The notes beneath the pieces were generated by a model, which had not been told where the DNA came from, did no database searches, and saw only the letters and a program-made list of their open reading frames with translations. DNA of 64,000 nt from Verrucomicrobiota bacterium (GTDB lineage: Bacteria > Verrucomicrobiota > Verrucomicrobiia > Opitutales > Cerasicoccaceae), in assembly GCA_039818205.1 (NCBI GenBank), contig JBCBUK010000002.1, positions 320,001-384,000 of the forward strand, given 5' to 3'. Made by a program: the position numbers and the translations under genes. Below, one piece after another: positions 1 through 9,869 of the stretch. How positions within the stretch are numbered: the stretch's first letter is position 1; each line of letters begins with the position of its first letter.

Positions 1-2
1 CC

Positions 3-776
3 GAGACACTTGATTTTGTTGCGGAACTCTACGATGCCGTGATCGACGCGGGTGTTCACCGGGCCGATAGCATCAAGGTCGCCGAAGCCGCGAAGGTTAT
101 TGAGAATACCCAACGCGATTTGAATATCGCTTTGATGAACGAACTCGCCGTGCTGTTTGATCGTCTGGACATACCGACCGATGCAGTATTACGGGCAGCC
201 GGAACGAAATGGAATTTCTTGCCGTTTCAACCAGGCTTGGTTGGCGGCCATTGCATTGGAGTTGATCCCTATTATTTGACCCACAAGGCACAAGCGGTGG
301 GGCATCATCCTGATTTGATTCTGGCAGGCCGCCGCATTAATGACCGCATGGGTGCCTACATTGGGGAACAGGTGATCCATGGAATCATTAATAATGGTGG
401 TACGGTAAAGGGCGCGCGCGTCTTGGTGTTGGGGTGGACTTTTAAAGAGAACGTCCCGGACACCAGAAACACCAAAGTTGTCGATGTCTACCAGCACCTG
501 AAAGAATTTGGAATTGATCCAATAGTATGCGATCCGATGGCCGATCCCGAGGAAGTTCGAGAGGAATACGGCGTCGAGATTTACTCTGAGATTCCGTCCG
601 ATATGGTTTTTGCAGGAATCCTTGGAGCGGTTCGTCATGAGAAGTTCAACGAGATGGTTAACCTCGAGGCCATGCGGGAAAAATGCCCGGGAGAACAGCC
701 GATTCTTGTCGACGTTAGAGGGATGTTTGATCGCGATGAAGCCGCGCGGGCAGGGTTCTCCTACTGGCGCCTCTAG
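3..776 (+). CDS. Nucleotide-sugar (UDP-HexNAc) 6-dehydrogenase, WbpO/TviB family; 5'-truncated by the window edge
   Basis: AEAAKVIENTQRDLNIA, catalytic GLVGGHCIGVDPYY and FKENVPDTRN motifs; the frame is open back to position 3. Confidence 0.92.
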   Translation, partial: ETLDFVAELYDAVIDAGVHRADSIKVAEAAKVIENTQRDLNIALMNELAVLFDRLDIPTDAVLRAAGTKWNFLPFQPGLVGGHCIGVDPYYLTHKAQAVGHHPDLILAGRRINDRMGAYIGEQVIHGIINNGGTVKGARVLVLGWTFKENVPDTRNTKVVDVYQHLKEFGIDPIVCDPMADPEEVREEYGVEIYSEIPSDMVFAGILGAVRHEKFNEMVNLEAMREKCPGEQPILVDVRGMFDRDEAARAGFSYWRL

Positions 777-803
777 TTCCTCAGCTGTCAGCCCGTCTTG
801 TTT

Positions 804-1400
804 ATGAAGCGCATGTTTGATTTTTTATTTGCTGTTGCGCTTCTAGTTGCCCTGAGCCCCTTGCTTTTGACGCTTGTCTTCTTGGTCCGCTTCAAGATTG
901 GAAGCCCAGTTTTTTTTACTCAGGACCGACCGGGTTTGAACGGATCAGTATTTCAGCTGATCAAGTTTCGCAGCATGACGAACGACGTTGGCGTAGATGG
1001 TCAGTTGCTGCCCGATGCGGAGCGACTGACATCGTTTGGGCGTTGGCTGCGTTCCTCGAGCCTGGATGAGTTACCAGAACTGTGGAACATCCTGCGCGGT
1101 GATATGAGTTTTATTGGTCCACGCCCACTATTGGTTCGCTACCTGGAGCGGTATTCTCCGGAGCAGGCGCGGCGCCATGAAGTTCGACCTGGCATTACAG
1201 GTTGGGCACAGGTGAATGGAAGGAATACGATATCTTGGGAAGACCGTTTTCGCCTCGATGTTTGGTACGTGGACAATCATAGCCTCTGGTTGGATGTGAA
1301 AATTGTTTGGATGACCGTGGCGAAAGTTTTGAAGCGTGAGGGGATCTCGCCGGAGGGCGCTGAGATAATGCCTGAGTTTATGGGCACAAGAGACGACTAG
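804..1400 (+). CDS. Undecaprenyl-phosphate sugar-1-phosphate transferase (PglC/EpsL-type monotopic PGT)
   Basis: KRMFD, KFRSM, SLDELPEL, GDMSFIGPRP and RPGITGWAQVNGRN motifs; ATG at 804 preferred over TTG at 798. Confidence 0.92.
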   Translation: MKRMFDFLFAVALLVALSPLLLTLVFLVRFKIGSPVFFTQDRPGLNGSVFQLIKFRSMTNDVGVDGQLLPDAERLTSFGRWLRSSSLDELPELWNILRGDMSFIGPRPLLVRYLERYSPEQARRHEVRPGITGWAQVNGRNTISWEDRFRLDVWYVDNHSLWLDVKIVWMTVAKVLKREGISPEGAEIMPEFMGTRDD

Positions 1401-1406
1401 ACGGCC

Positions 1407-1829
1407 ATGTTTTCGTTTCATCATATCGGTTATCTAGCGGCCAACTTGGAAAAGGCGAAATCCCATTGGATTGAACTCTATGGTTGCACACCCGACGGTG
1501 GGGATATCCATGATGTCGGTCAGCAAGCACGCGTTTGTCTACTGCGTCAACCTGGTCTCGCGGGTTGGGTCGAGCTCATTGCCCCGGACAGTGAGTCCAG
1601 TCACTTACAAAAAGCTTTGCGAAGCAAAGTGAGCTTGCATCACCTAGCCTATGCGGTCGATGACTTTGGGCAGGCGATTGATCGTCTACGTAAGGCTGGC
1701 TGCGTTCCTCTTTGCAAGCCCACCATTGGCATGGCTTTCCAGCGCGAGATAATTTGGTTTCACGACCCCGAACGCGGCTTAGTCGAACTGATTGCGCCTG
1801 GCTCGGGACCTTATCAACTTAACTCCTAA
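1407..1829 (+). CDS. VOC-family protein, methylmalonyl-CoA epimerase-like
   Basis: HHIGY...VELIAP...LHHLAY...LVELI metal-ligand pattern; 140 aa. Confidence 0.8.
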   Translation: MFSFHHIGYLAANLEKAKSHWIELYGCTPDGGDIHDVGQQARVCLLRQPGLAGWVELIAPDSESSHLQKALRSKVSLHHLAYAVDDFGQAIDRLRKAGCVPLCKPTIGMAFQREIIWFHDPERGLVELIAPGSGPYQLNS

Positions 1830-1833
1830 ATCG

Positions 1834-2511
1834 ATGTCGACACCCTTAGTAATTATCGGAGCGGGCGGATTTTCCCTTGAGGCAATATGGTTGGCCAATG
1901 CCATGAATGATGCGGGCACCGGTGATTGGTCGATCGTTGGTCTAGCTGACGATGGCGTGGCTGCTGGTGAGACCGTTGGGGGATTTCAGGTGCTTGGCGC
2001 ACCCCGGGAAGTTGTTCCTACGCTGCCGCCAGACACGGCTTTCCACATCGCGATCGGCGACAATCGCGTGCGACTTCGAGTTGCGGCAGAGCTGATCGTT
2101 GCCGGTCTGAAGCCAGCGAGCTTGATCAGCCCCAAGGCGGTTATTGCCGAAAAGGTCGAGATTGGGCCAGGAAGTTTTGTCGGACATTTTGTCTCGCTCG
2201 CCCCTGAAGTGCGGATAGGCGCCCAGTGCCTAATCAATGTTTCGGCGGTCGTTGGGCACGAAGCGGTGCTGGCAGATGGTGTCCAAGTGTGCCCAGGCGC
2301 AGTCGTCACCGGTCGCTGCCAGGCAGGCGAGGGCGCATTCGTTGGAAGCAATGCAGTGCTTAGTCCCGAAGTCACTATCGGAGCCTGGTCGCGCGTGTCG
2401 GCAAATACCTTCGCCGCAACGAATGTCGACGATGGCGTTACCCTCGCTACCATGCCGGGTCGCCCGGTTTTTTCCCGACGTCGCGAGCGCAAGCCCAGCA
2501 CGACCGATTAA
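1834..2511 (+). CDS. PglD/NeuD-family sugar N-acyltransferase (left-handed beta-helix)
   Basis: IIGAGG N-terminal domain, IAIGDNRVR, hexapeptide repeats, catalytic-type His in VGHE; start moved to ATG 1834. Confidence 0.88.
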   Translation: MSTPLVIIGAGGFSLEAIWLANAMNDAGTGDWSIVGLADDGVAAGETVGGFQVLGAPREVVPTLPPDTAFHIAIGDNRVRLRVAAELIVAGLKPASLISPKAVIAEKVEIGPGSFVGHFVSLAPEVRIGAQCLINVSAVVGHEAVLADGVQVCPGAVVTGRCQAGEGAFVGSNAVLSPEVTIGAWSRVSANTFAATNVDDGVTLATMPGRPVFSRRRERKPSTTD

Positions 2512-2556
2512 GCCGATCTTGACAATCCTGCGCTCCTATTCGCTATCATCCCTACA

Positions 2557-2787
2557 ATGAAAGAAAAACTCCGCACCGTTGTTATCGAGCAGTTGAAGAT
2601 TGACCCGAGCGTATACTCCGAAGACTTGGGTGCTGGCGATATCCCTGAGTGGGACTCACTCGCTCATATGAATTTGATTATGGCGGTAGAGCGGGAGTTC
2701 AAAGTGACTTTTGATGTCGCCGATGCCGTCGACCTTGAAACCATTGGTGACTTTGAAGACGCATTGTCCCGCTACCAGAACTCCTGA
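2557..2787 (+). CDS. Acyl carrier protein (WbeK/RfbK-like)
   Basis: 76 aa, acidic, WDSLAHM phosphopantetheine attachment motif. Confidence 0.92.
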   Translation: MKEKLRTVVIEQLKIDPSVYSEDLGAGDIPEWDSLAHMNLIMAVEREFKVTFDVADAVDLETIGDFEDALSRYQNS

Positions 2788-2801
2788 AGGCACCCCGAGC
2801 G

Positions 2802-4220
2802 GTGCTCGATTTATCAGTGATTAACGAGCACAGTCACTGGACCTTAGCAGACATCCTTGACCGCGGAAGTGACCGTTGGTCGAGCCGTGTCGCCGTTGCT
2901 GACGCAGCGGGCTCATCGACCTATAATGAGTTGGCCGATCGGTCGCGGCGTTTAGCAAACTGGTTGACTACGCAGGGCGTTGAGGCAGGAGATCGCGTTC
3001 TGCTCTCACTGCCGAATTCGGTCCGATTTGTCGAAGCCCTTTTCGCGGTTCAGTTCGCAGGTGCGGTATCGGTACCATTGGATCCCACCTTGGCGCTTCC
3101 GCAGCGCCAAGCCATTGAGCAAAGCGCGACACCCAAGTTTGCCTTAGATGACAATACGCCCTGGGAAGAAGCGTTCAACCCGAGCCCGATACCATCGATT
3201 GTTCGACGTGGCCCCAGTGATTTGGCCGCGCTTATGTATACGACTGGGACGACCGGTGAACCCAAGGGGGTGATGCTCACCCACCGCAATATTTTCGCGG
3301 CCCTACGCAACATTATCGAGTTTGTTGGCTACACTGAGCGTGATCGCGAAGTCGTTACGTTACCGCTATCGCACAATTTTGGTCTTGGACATGTTTATTG
3401 TAATCTGTTTGTCGGCGGTGCGGTTTTCCTCGAGCCGGGACTAAGCCGAGTTGGGCGGGTGCTCAAAGCCATTGAGTCATTTGGTGCGACCGGGTTTCCT
3501 ACAACGCCGCTTGGCGTTGGCTTGTTGCTGGATCGCTATGGAGAAGTCTTTGCCGAACGGGCGAAGGGTTTGCGCTTCATGGTCGTTAATTCTGCTCCGC
3601 TGCCGCCCGAACGGACAGCGCAACTGCAGAAGTGTATGCCGAAGCTCGACATCATGGTCTACTACGGTTTGACGGAAGCCTCTCGATCAACCTTCATTTC
3701 GCTCAGTCAGGAAGGTCCCGATCGCTATGCTTCGGTAGGGCCTGCGATGAACGGCGTCAAGGTGAAGCTCGATGAGCAGGGGCAGGTTGTCATTGGTGGC
3801 CCGACCGTAACTCAGGGATATTGGGACTCTCCCGAGCAAACGAATCAAGCGATTAAGAGTGGTGAGCTTCACACGGGCGATCTCGGTCGATTTGATGACG
3901 ATGGCTATCTTTATATTGTCGGGCGGCAGAACGACCTCATCAACTTGGGGGGCTACAAGATAAATCCCATGACGGTCGAGCGCGTCGTCGAAGGGTTCGT
4001 TGGCGTTCAAGAGTGTGGGGTAGCGGGGGTTGATGCCATCAAGGCATTTGTCGTCGCCGAGACCGAATTTGATGAAGACGCTCTCACGCGTCATTGCCGG
4101 GAGTATCTGCAGAACCATGAGGTCCCAAGCGCCTTTGTCTGTGTTGATAAGTTGCCGCGAACCGATAGCGGTAAGCTCAAGCGGCAAGACTTGCTAAAAC
4201 TGGATTGTCCGATTGGCTAA
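2802..4220 (+). CDS. AMP-forming acyl-CoA/acyl-ACP ligase (WbeL/RfbL-like)
   Basis: YTTGTTGEPKG, YGLTEA, TGDLG and LPRTDSGK adenylation motifs. Confidence 0.92.
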   Translation: MLDLSVINEHSHWTLADILDRGSDRWSSRVAVADAAGSSTYNELADRSRRLANWLTTQGVEAGDRVLLSLPNSVRFVEALFAVQFAGAVSVPLDPTLALPQRQAIEQSATPKFALDDNTPWEEAFNPSPIPSIVRRGPSDLAALMYTTGTTGEPKGVMLTHRNIFAALRNIIEFVGYTERDREVVTLPLSHNFGLGHVYCNLFVGGAVFLEPGLSRVGRVLKAIESFGATGFPTTPLGVGLLLDRYGEVFAERAKGLRFMVVNSAPLPPERTAQLQKCMPKLDIMVYYGLTEASRSTFISLSQEGPDRYASVGPAMNGVKVKLDEQGQVVIGGPTVTQGYWDSPEQTNQAIKSGELHTGDLGRFDDDGYLYIVGRQNDLINLGGYKINPMTVERVVEGFVGVQECGVAGVDAIKAFVVAETEFDEDALTRHCREYLQNHEVPSAFVCVDKLPRTDSGKLKRQDLLKLDCPIG

Positions 4221-4226
4221 TAGCTG

Positions 4227-5351
4227 ATGTTGCAATTACGCGTTCCTTTACCCCGTTTTGTTTCCGCTGGAGAAGTCCTTGGTGGTGCCGGCTCGATTGG
4301 AGCATTGCGTGCCCTCGACGCTGCGAGGGTTGCCGTGCTGGCTTCGCCGTCGGTTCTTTCAAAACATGGCGAGCTCCTTAAACGGTCGATGGGTGCGGAG
4401 GCCGTAGAGCTGATTGGGATGCCCAGGGGAGAGCCTGCCCTTGGAAAGCTGGCTCCAGTGCTTGCGCAGATGGAGAGTTTTCAACCGGATTGGATAGTCG
4501 CAGTGGGCGGCGGTTCAGTGCTCGATGGTGCTAAGATCGCCTGGATCTTTTACGAGCACCCAGCTGTGGATCACGATCGCATATTCCGCGTTGGTGGAGT
4601 GCCAACTTTGCGTGGCAAAGCTCGGCTTGTTGCCGTTCCAACAACGACTGGAACTGGATCTGAGGTGAGCTCATCAGCACTACTCTTAGACGATAGGACT
4701 GGGTCCAAGCGAGCGTTAGTCTCCCACGACTTGCTGCCCGATGTGGCGATACTTGACCCACGCCTAGCAGTCGGATGCCCAAGAGACGTGATTGTGAATG
4801 CCGGTATGGATGCCCTGGCCCATGCGGTGGAAAGCTATGTCTCGCGCCTGAAAAATCCTCTAGCGGATTCATTGGCGGAGAAGGCTGCGTCGGAAATTCT
4901 TTCAGCCTTACCCAGCTTTGCCAAACAGCCAGAGGACGAGCGCCTTTGCGAAAAGATGATGAACTCATCCTTGCTTGCAGGCTGGGTTCAAAATCAGAAG
5001 GTTCCTGGTGTCGGGCACGCAATCGCGCATCAACTCGGTGGCTTTGGTGTCGCCCATGGTCACGCAACAGGTCGCCTCCTTGCGCCAGCAATTACCTATA
5101 ACTGCCAAAGCGCCGAGGTGCGCCAACAATATGATTCTTTGGCTAATGCAGTTGGCTTGTCGTCGGCTGAGGAGTTGGCCGAGAAAATCCGGTCTTTGGT
5201 CGAGACCCTTGAGATGCCAGCCCTCGATGGAAAGTTCGATGAATCGATGGAATCCATTGTTACCGGAGCGATCGAGGATCCATGCGCACGGATGAATCCG
5301 CTGCCTGTAGAAGCTAAAGCTGTGGAGCAGATACTGGAGGCAAGTCGATGA
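4227..5351 (+). CDS. Iron-containing alcohol dehydrogenase (WbeM/RfbM-like)
   Basis: GGGSVLD, PTTTGTGSE, DALAHAVE, GHAIAH and HG iron-ligand motifs. Confidence 0.92.
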   Translation: MLQLRVPLPRFVSAGEVLGGAGSIGALRALDAARVAVLASPSVLSKHGELLKRSMGAEAVELIGMPRGEPALGKLAPVLAQMESFQPDWIVAVGGGSVLDGAKIAWIFYEHPAVDHDRIFRVGGVPTLRGKARLVAVPTTTGTGSEVSSSALLLDDRTGSKRALVSHDLLPDVAILDPRLAVGCPRDVIVNAGMDALAHAVESYVSRLKNPLADSLAEKAASEILSALPSFAKQPEDERLCEKMMNSSLLAGWVQNQKVPGVGHAIAHQLGGFGVAHGHATGRLLAPAITYNCQSAEVRQQYDSLANAVGLSSAEELAEKIRSLVETLEMPALDGKFDESMESIVTGAIEDPCARMNPLPVEAKAVEQILEASR

Positions 5352-7840
5352 TCGATGACCTGATAAAAAGTCAGCCCTACGGCCTTCTGCCAGAAGAACG
5401 ATCGCGGCTATTGGCCGATGCAATGCACCAAGCCTATCGACATCATTTTGAGAATTGCGCCGCTTATCGCCGTTTCTGTCAGGGTAGGGGGCTAAGCCTT
5501 TCGAGCCGATTCGAGCGGTTGTCCGATTTTCCTTACCTGCCGGTTCAAGCCTTTAAGGACTCGGCGGATCTCTTGCGTTCGGTCCCCGCCGATCAGGTAA
5601 AAACCACCTTGGAGTCCTCCGCGACCAGTGGCCTTCCCAGTAGCGTTGCCATCGATTCCGTAACCGCCAAGCGACAAGTGCGGGCTTTGGCAGGGGTACT
5701 GGGTGCCTCACTTGGGCCGACCCGTCGACCCGTGGTCGTGATTGATGCCGACCCACGAAGTGGGCGGGCTGTTTTGGGAGCGCGCGGTGCTGCGGTTCAG
5801 GGTTTTCTGAATTTAGCGCGCGAGGCCCATTACATTTTAGACGCGGATCAGGGAGCACTGAGCTTGAATCGGGAGAAGCTCCAATCGCTGGTTAACGCGT
5901 GGACGGGCCGTGAGGAACCAGTGCTCTTCTTCGGATTTACGTTTTTGATCTATTCATTGGTGCTCGGACCGTTGTCCGAAGCCGGACTACGGTTTCCGTT
6001 GCCGCCGGGTTCGCGCCTCGCCCATTTGGGCGGTTGGAAGAAACTGGCCGATCAAGCGGTTTCGAAGGAAGTCTTCGCTCAGCGGGCTGCGGATGTGTTT
6101 GGTATCGAGCCCGATCACGTGGTCGACTTCTATGGGTTTACCGAACAGATGGGCGTCACCTATCCCGACGGCCCAGACGGCAATAAGTTCGCGCCATCCT
6201 TTTCGGAAGTCATTGTGCGCGATCCGCAAACCTTGGAACCAGCCACGGATGGTCAGCCGGGCCTCTTACAATTTCTAACGCCGCTGCCGCACAGTTACCC
6301 GGGCATCTCTGTATTGACGGATGACATCGGAGTGATCACGGGGCGTGGTGGATCAGGCGATTGGTGTGGGACGCAATTTCGAGTTCTCGGTCGAGCCAAG
6401 CAGGCTGAGGCACGTGGCTGTGGCGATATCCTGGGCGAGAAGGTTGCGGCGGCGAGAAAGCAAGCGCAGGCTGGGCAGGTTGCTGACCTGCGATTACTCT
6501 TTTCACCGGATGCATCGCCCGCTTGTGATGCCCGCTGGAACGCTCCGCTGGCACTGGAGAGCTTGCCTCAGATTGAGAGCCCTAACCAGTTTTCCGAGCA
6601 ATTGCGTGAAGCCCGTAAGCGATTGGATAACTATTCTGTCGATGAGTTGATAGCTCTGATTTCGAAGGCGGCCGAGCGCTGGGTTGATGCTGAATCTCCG
6701 TTGGCCGAATTGCGTCAACAGGGTCTGCTCTTTTTGTATTCCTGGTGTCGCCCAGATCGTTTGGCCCGACTGGCTGACGAAGGCCTTCGTGGCAAGCGTG
6801 GCTACCTCGATGGTCCTAAGCCAATTGGCGGAAATCGAGTGCGGATGCTTGGTGCACGTCACCGGGGCTTGGCGGTCCACTGGCTTGCTGGGAACGTTCC
6901 AGTTCTGGGTATGCTCACCTTGGTCCAGTCCATCCTTGCCCGAAATGCAAATCTGGTCAAAGCAGCCAGCCGTTTTACCCGCGTGTTGCCCCTGCTCCTA
7001 GAGGCTTTTCGCGATCTGAAGGTCACTTCCCCCGGCGGTAAAGAGCTTCTTGGCAATGACATCATTGCTTCGATCGGAGTTGTCTATTGCGATCGGGCGG
7101 ATCGCCAGTCGGCCGAATCGATCTCTCGGGAAGCCGATATCCGCCTCGCCTGGGGTGGCCGCGAAGCGGTTGAAGCGGTGACCACGCTGCCACGAAAAGT
7201 GAGCGCAGAAGACATCATCTTTGGTCCAAAGTTTTCGTTCATGGTGATTGGTCAATCCGCCTTGACGACCGAACGTTCTTTCCGACGCTTGGCTCGCAGA
7301 GCCGCAACCGATGTGTGTGTGTTCGAGCAAACGGGCTGCGCCTCGCCACATACAATTTTCGTTGAGAATGGGGCGATCACCGCTGAGATCTTCGCGAAGC
7401 GACTTGCCGAAGAACTGGACAAAGCATTGGTCCGTTTTCCAGCCCCGCCCGCCGGTCCCGAAGATGCCTCCCGGATTGAGGCACGAAGAATCCGGGGAGA
7501 GTTGACGGGGCGCGTTTGGAAGTCCAGTGGCGTTGCCTGGACAGTGGTCTTAGACGAGGAGGGTGCCCGTTCGCTCGCACCACCGTGCACGGGACGTGTA
7601 ATAACCGTGCGATCGATTCAGAGCCCCACTGACGTTCTTCCGTTGGTCAACGACGGTATTCAAACCGTGGGACTCGGTCTGAAAGGGGAGACCCGCCTTC
7701 AGTTCGCCCTGGAAGCAGCGCGATTAGGAGCTGAGCGCTTTCCCGATATTGGTCGAATGACCCTCTTCGAATCGCCGTGGGACGGACTATTCCCGTTGGA
7801 ACGTCTGGTTAAGTGGTATTCCTTGGGCGGGCCAGCCTAA
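5348..7840 (+). CDS. LuxE (acyl-protein synthetase)-LuxC (acyl-CoA reductase) fusion, WbeN/RfbN-like
   Basis: N-half: SSATSG, GGWKK, DFYGFTE, SYPGISVLTDD, EARGC. C-half: HWLAGNVP, AWGGREAV, FGPKFS, FEQTGCASPH. ATGA overlap with the ADH gene. Confidence 0.88.
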   Translation: MIDDLIKSQPYGLLPEERSRLLADAMHQAYRHHFENCAAYRRFCQGRGLSLSSRFERLSDFPYLPVQAFKDSADLLRSVPADQVKTTLESSATSGLPSSVAIDSVTAKRQVRALAGVLGASLGPTRRPVVVIDADPRSGRAVLGARGAAVQGFLNLAREAHYILDADQGALSLNREKLQSLVNAWTGREEPVLFFGFTFLIYSLVLGPLSEAGLRFPLPPGSRLAHLGGWKKLADQAVSKEVFAQRAADVFGIEPDHVVDFYGFTEQMGVTYPDGPDGNKFAPSFSEVIVRDPQTLEPATDGQPGLLQFLTPLPHSYPGISVLTDDIGVITGRGGSGDWCGTQFRVLGRAKQAEARGCGDILGEKVAAARKQAQAGQVADLRLLFSPDASPACDARWNAPLALESLPQIESPNQFSEQLREARKRLDNYSVDELIALISKAAERWVDAESPLAELRQQGLLFLYSWCRPDRLARLADEGLRGKRGYLDGPKPIGGNRVRMLGARHRGLAVHWLAGNVPVLGMLTLVQSILARNANLVKAASRFTRVLPLLLEAFRDLKVTSPGGKELLGNDIIASIGVVYCDRADRQSAESISREADIRLAWGGREAVEAVTTLPRKVSAEDIIFGPKFSFMVIGQSALTTERSFRRLARRAATDVCVFEQTGCASPHTIFVENGAITAEIFAKRLAEELDKALVRFPAPPAGPEDASRIEARRIRGELTGRVWKSSGVAWTVVLDEEGARSLAPPCTGRVITVRSIQSPTDVLPLVNDGIQTVGLGLKGETRLQFALEAARLGAERFPDIGRMTLFESPWDGLFPLERLVKWYSLGGPA

Positions 7841-8544
7841 GTGTTTGCCTCGGATTCCAGGCTAGCAGGGACCAACGCAACCTCGGCTAAATCGCTGAGG
7901 ATCTCCTGCATCAACGGTGAATTCCAGATCTCCTTGATCGGACGGTTGCTGTTAATGCGAATGAAAAATTGCTCCCGCTGCTGATGAAGCCCGTAACGAA
8001 ACAAGGTCTTGAACGGCGCAAACCGGTCCCATTGGCCGGCTTTCGTTCGGTTGACGTGAATATGATCCCCCAGCACATGCCAATAGGCGACGTGTTGCGT
8101 ATGGTTTTGCTTTTCCAAGGTCCGCATCTCGGCGGGATAAAGCTCTTGGCCACCGATCTCGCAGCGAACATCATATTCCTTGTCCATCATCGTCCAACCA
8201 GCGCGCACCCAACAAACATCGGGTGTGTGGGACTGAACCAGCCGAACCGGCATTTTCTTGGGCTCCCAATAACCGACGTAGAGTGTGATCGTAGTATCGC
8301 CGCGAGTATAGTTCCGGTTCAATGCCTGCGAAAAATTCAAGATGCCTTCAACAGTCTCTTCCAAGCCCTCTGATTCGGCCAGTGGGCGATCTTCAATTTC
8401 CCAACCGTCAAATTCCGAGACAATCTTTTCGGTGAGTACGCCCTCCATGGTTTTGGGCGGCGAATAAATGAATGCGGTGTAGCCCAGCGCGATGCAACTG
8501 AAGACCGCAATGATTGCTCCGATGATAAAGAATGCCTTGCGCAT
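7837..8544 (-). CDS. Exosortase-associated EpsI family protein
   Basis: N-terminal TM helix, LYVGYW and HTPDVCWVRAGW motif. Confidence 0.8.
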   Translation of the reverse strand: MRKAFFIIGAIIAVFSCIALGYTAFIYSPPKTMEGVLTEKIVSEFDGWEIEDRPLAESEGLEETVEGILNFSQALNRNYTRGDTTITLYVGYWEPKKMPVRLVQSHTPDVCWVRAGWTMMDKEYDVRCEIGGQELYPAEMRTLEKQNHTQHVAYWHVLGDHIHVNRTKAGQWDRFAPFKTLFRYGLHQQREQFFIRINSNRPIKEIWNSPLMQEILSDLAEVALVPASLESEANT

Positions 8545-8654
8545 GATTGCCCCTATGATTTGAAAAGGTTTCCGAAAAAGTCAAATGCGGGAAATCGACG
8601 AATTTCCCTTAACAATCTAGAGTCATTACTCGTTAAAGTGTTCCCGATTTAATC

Positions 8655-9788
8655 ATGCCGCCTTCCCGTGTCTTCTTGTCTCCCCCGGATGTTTCTGATG
8701 TTGAACGAAATGCGCTGCTGGCTGCGTTCGATTCAGGCTGGATCGCACCCGTTGGTCCCGAATTAGCAGCGTTTGAGACGGATATTTCAAAAGCAATTGG
8801 AGTGCAGCATGTTGTGGCACTTTCTTCGGGGACGGCGGCATTGCACTTGGCGTTAAAAGAGCTCGGGATCGGCATGGGCGACCGTGTTTATTGTTCCACC
8901 CTAACCTTCGTTGCGTCGGCCAATGCGATCAGATACTGCGGCGCCGAGCCGGTCTTCATCGATAGCGATGCGAAGAGTTGGTGCATGGATCCGAACTTGC
9001 TCGCGGATCAATTGGCAAGAGATGCTGAACGAGGACAGCTGCCTAAAGCCGTCGAAGTGGTTGATATCTACGGCCAATGTGCGGATTACCAAACAATTTC
9101 GAATCTCTGTCAGCGCTACGAGATTCCCCTGATAGAGGACGCCTCGGAGGCCCTTGGAGCCACCCACGAGATGGGTGCAGCAGGCTCCTTTGGGGAGGCG
9201 GCCGTCTTGTCGTTTAATGGAAACAAAATGATTACGACTTCGGGCGGTGGCGCTTTCCTGACCAATAATGCGGATTTAGCCGAACGCGTGCGCTTTTTGT
9301 CGACTCAGGCACGGGAACCCGTCCGGGAATACTTACACCGCGAAGTCGGCTATAATTACCGTTTAAGTAACGTTCTTGCGGCATTGGGCCGAGCTCAGCT
9401 CGGCCGGTTGGAAGGTTTCATCGCTCGGCGGCGGGAGATCTTTGAGCGATATCAAGCCGAGCTCTCGATCCTACCTGGGGTTGGCTTTATGCCCGAAGCT
9501 GAATGGGGAAGGTCAAACCGCTGGCTGACCTGCGTTACGCTGGAAAAAGACGCTCCTTGCGGACGAGACCAGATCATCGATGCCTTGGAGGCCGAAAACA
9601 TTGAAGCGCGCCCGGTTTGGCGACCAATGCATCAACAACCGGCCTTCAGCGGGTCTCAAGCGGTTCTCAATGGCGTCTCGGACGGACTCTTTGCCCAGGG
9701 ACTTTGCTTGCCCAGCGGAAGTAGCCTCAACGATGACGACCAGTCCCGCGTCATTGACGTTGTTCAATCATGTTTTATGCCCGCCTGA
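8655..9788 (+). CDS. DegT/DnrJ/EryC1/StrS PLP aminotransferase (PglE/EpsN-like)
   Basis: SSGTAALHLA, EDASEALG, SFNGNKMITTSGGG, GYNYRLSN and LCLPSGS motifs. Confidence 0.93.
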   Translation: MPPSRVFLSPPDVSDVERNALLAAFDSGWIAPVGPELAAFETDISKAIGVQHVVALSSGTAALHLALKELGIGMGDRVYCSTLTFVASANAIRYCGAEPVFIDSDAKSWCMDPNLLADQLARDAERGQLPKAVEVVDIYGQCADYQTISNLCQRYEIPLIEDASEALGATHEMGAAGSFGEAAVLSFNGNKMITTSGGGAFLTNNADLAERVRFLSTQAREPVREYLHREVGYNYRLSNVLAALGRAQLGRLEGFIARRREIFERYQAELSILPGVGFMPEAEWGRSNRWLTCVTLEKDAPCGRDQIIDALEAENIEARPVWRPMHQQPAFSGSQAVLNGVSDGLFAQGLCLPSGSSLNDDDQSRVIDVVQSCFMPA

Positions 9789-9869
9789 TTGTTGGTATTG
9801 ACCGTTGAGGTTATATACATCGTATTATATCCCTCACAATAAATCTACTCGCTTCCCACATCTCCCCTG

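Noticed and set aside
5348..7840. Bioluminescence (lux) operon
   Set aside because: No luxA, luxB or luxD; the LuxE-LuxC fusion sits in a glycan locus
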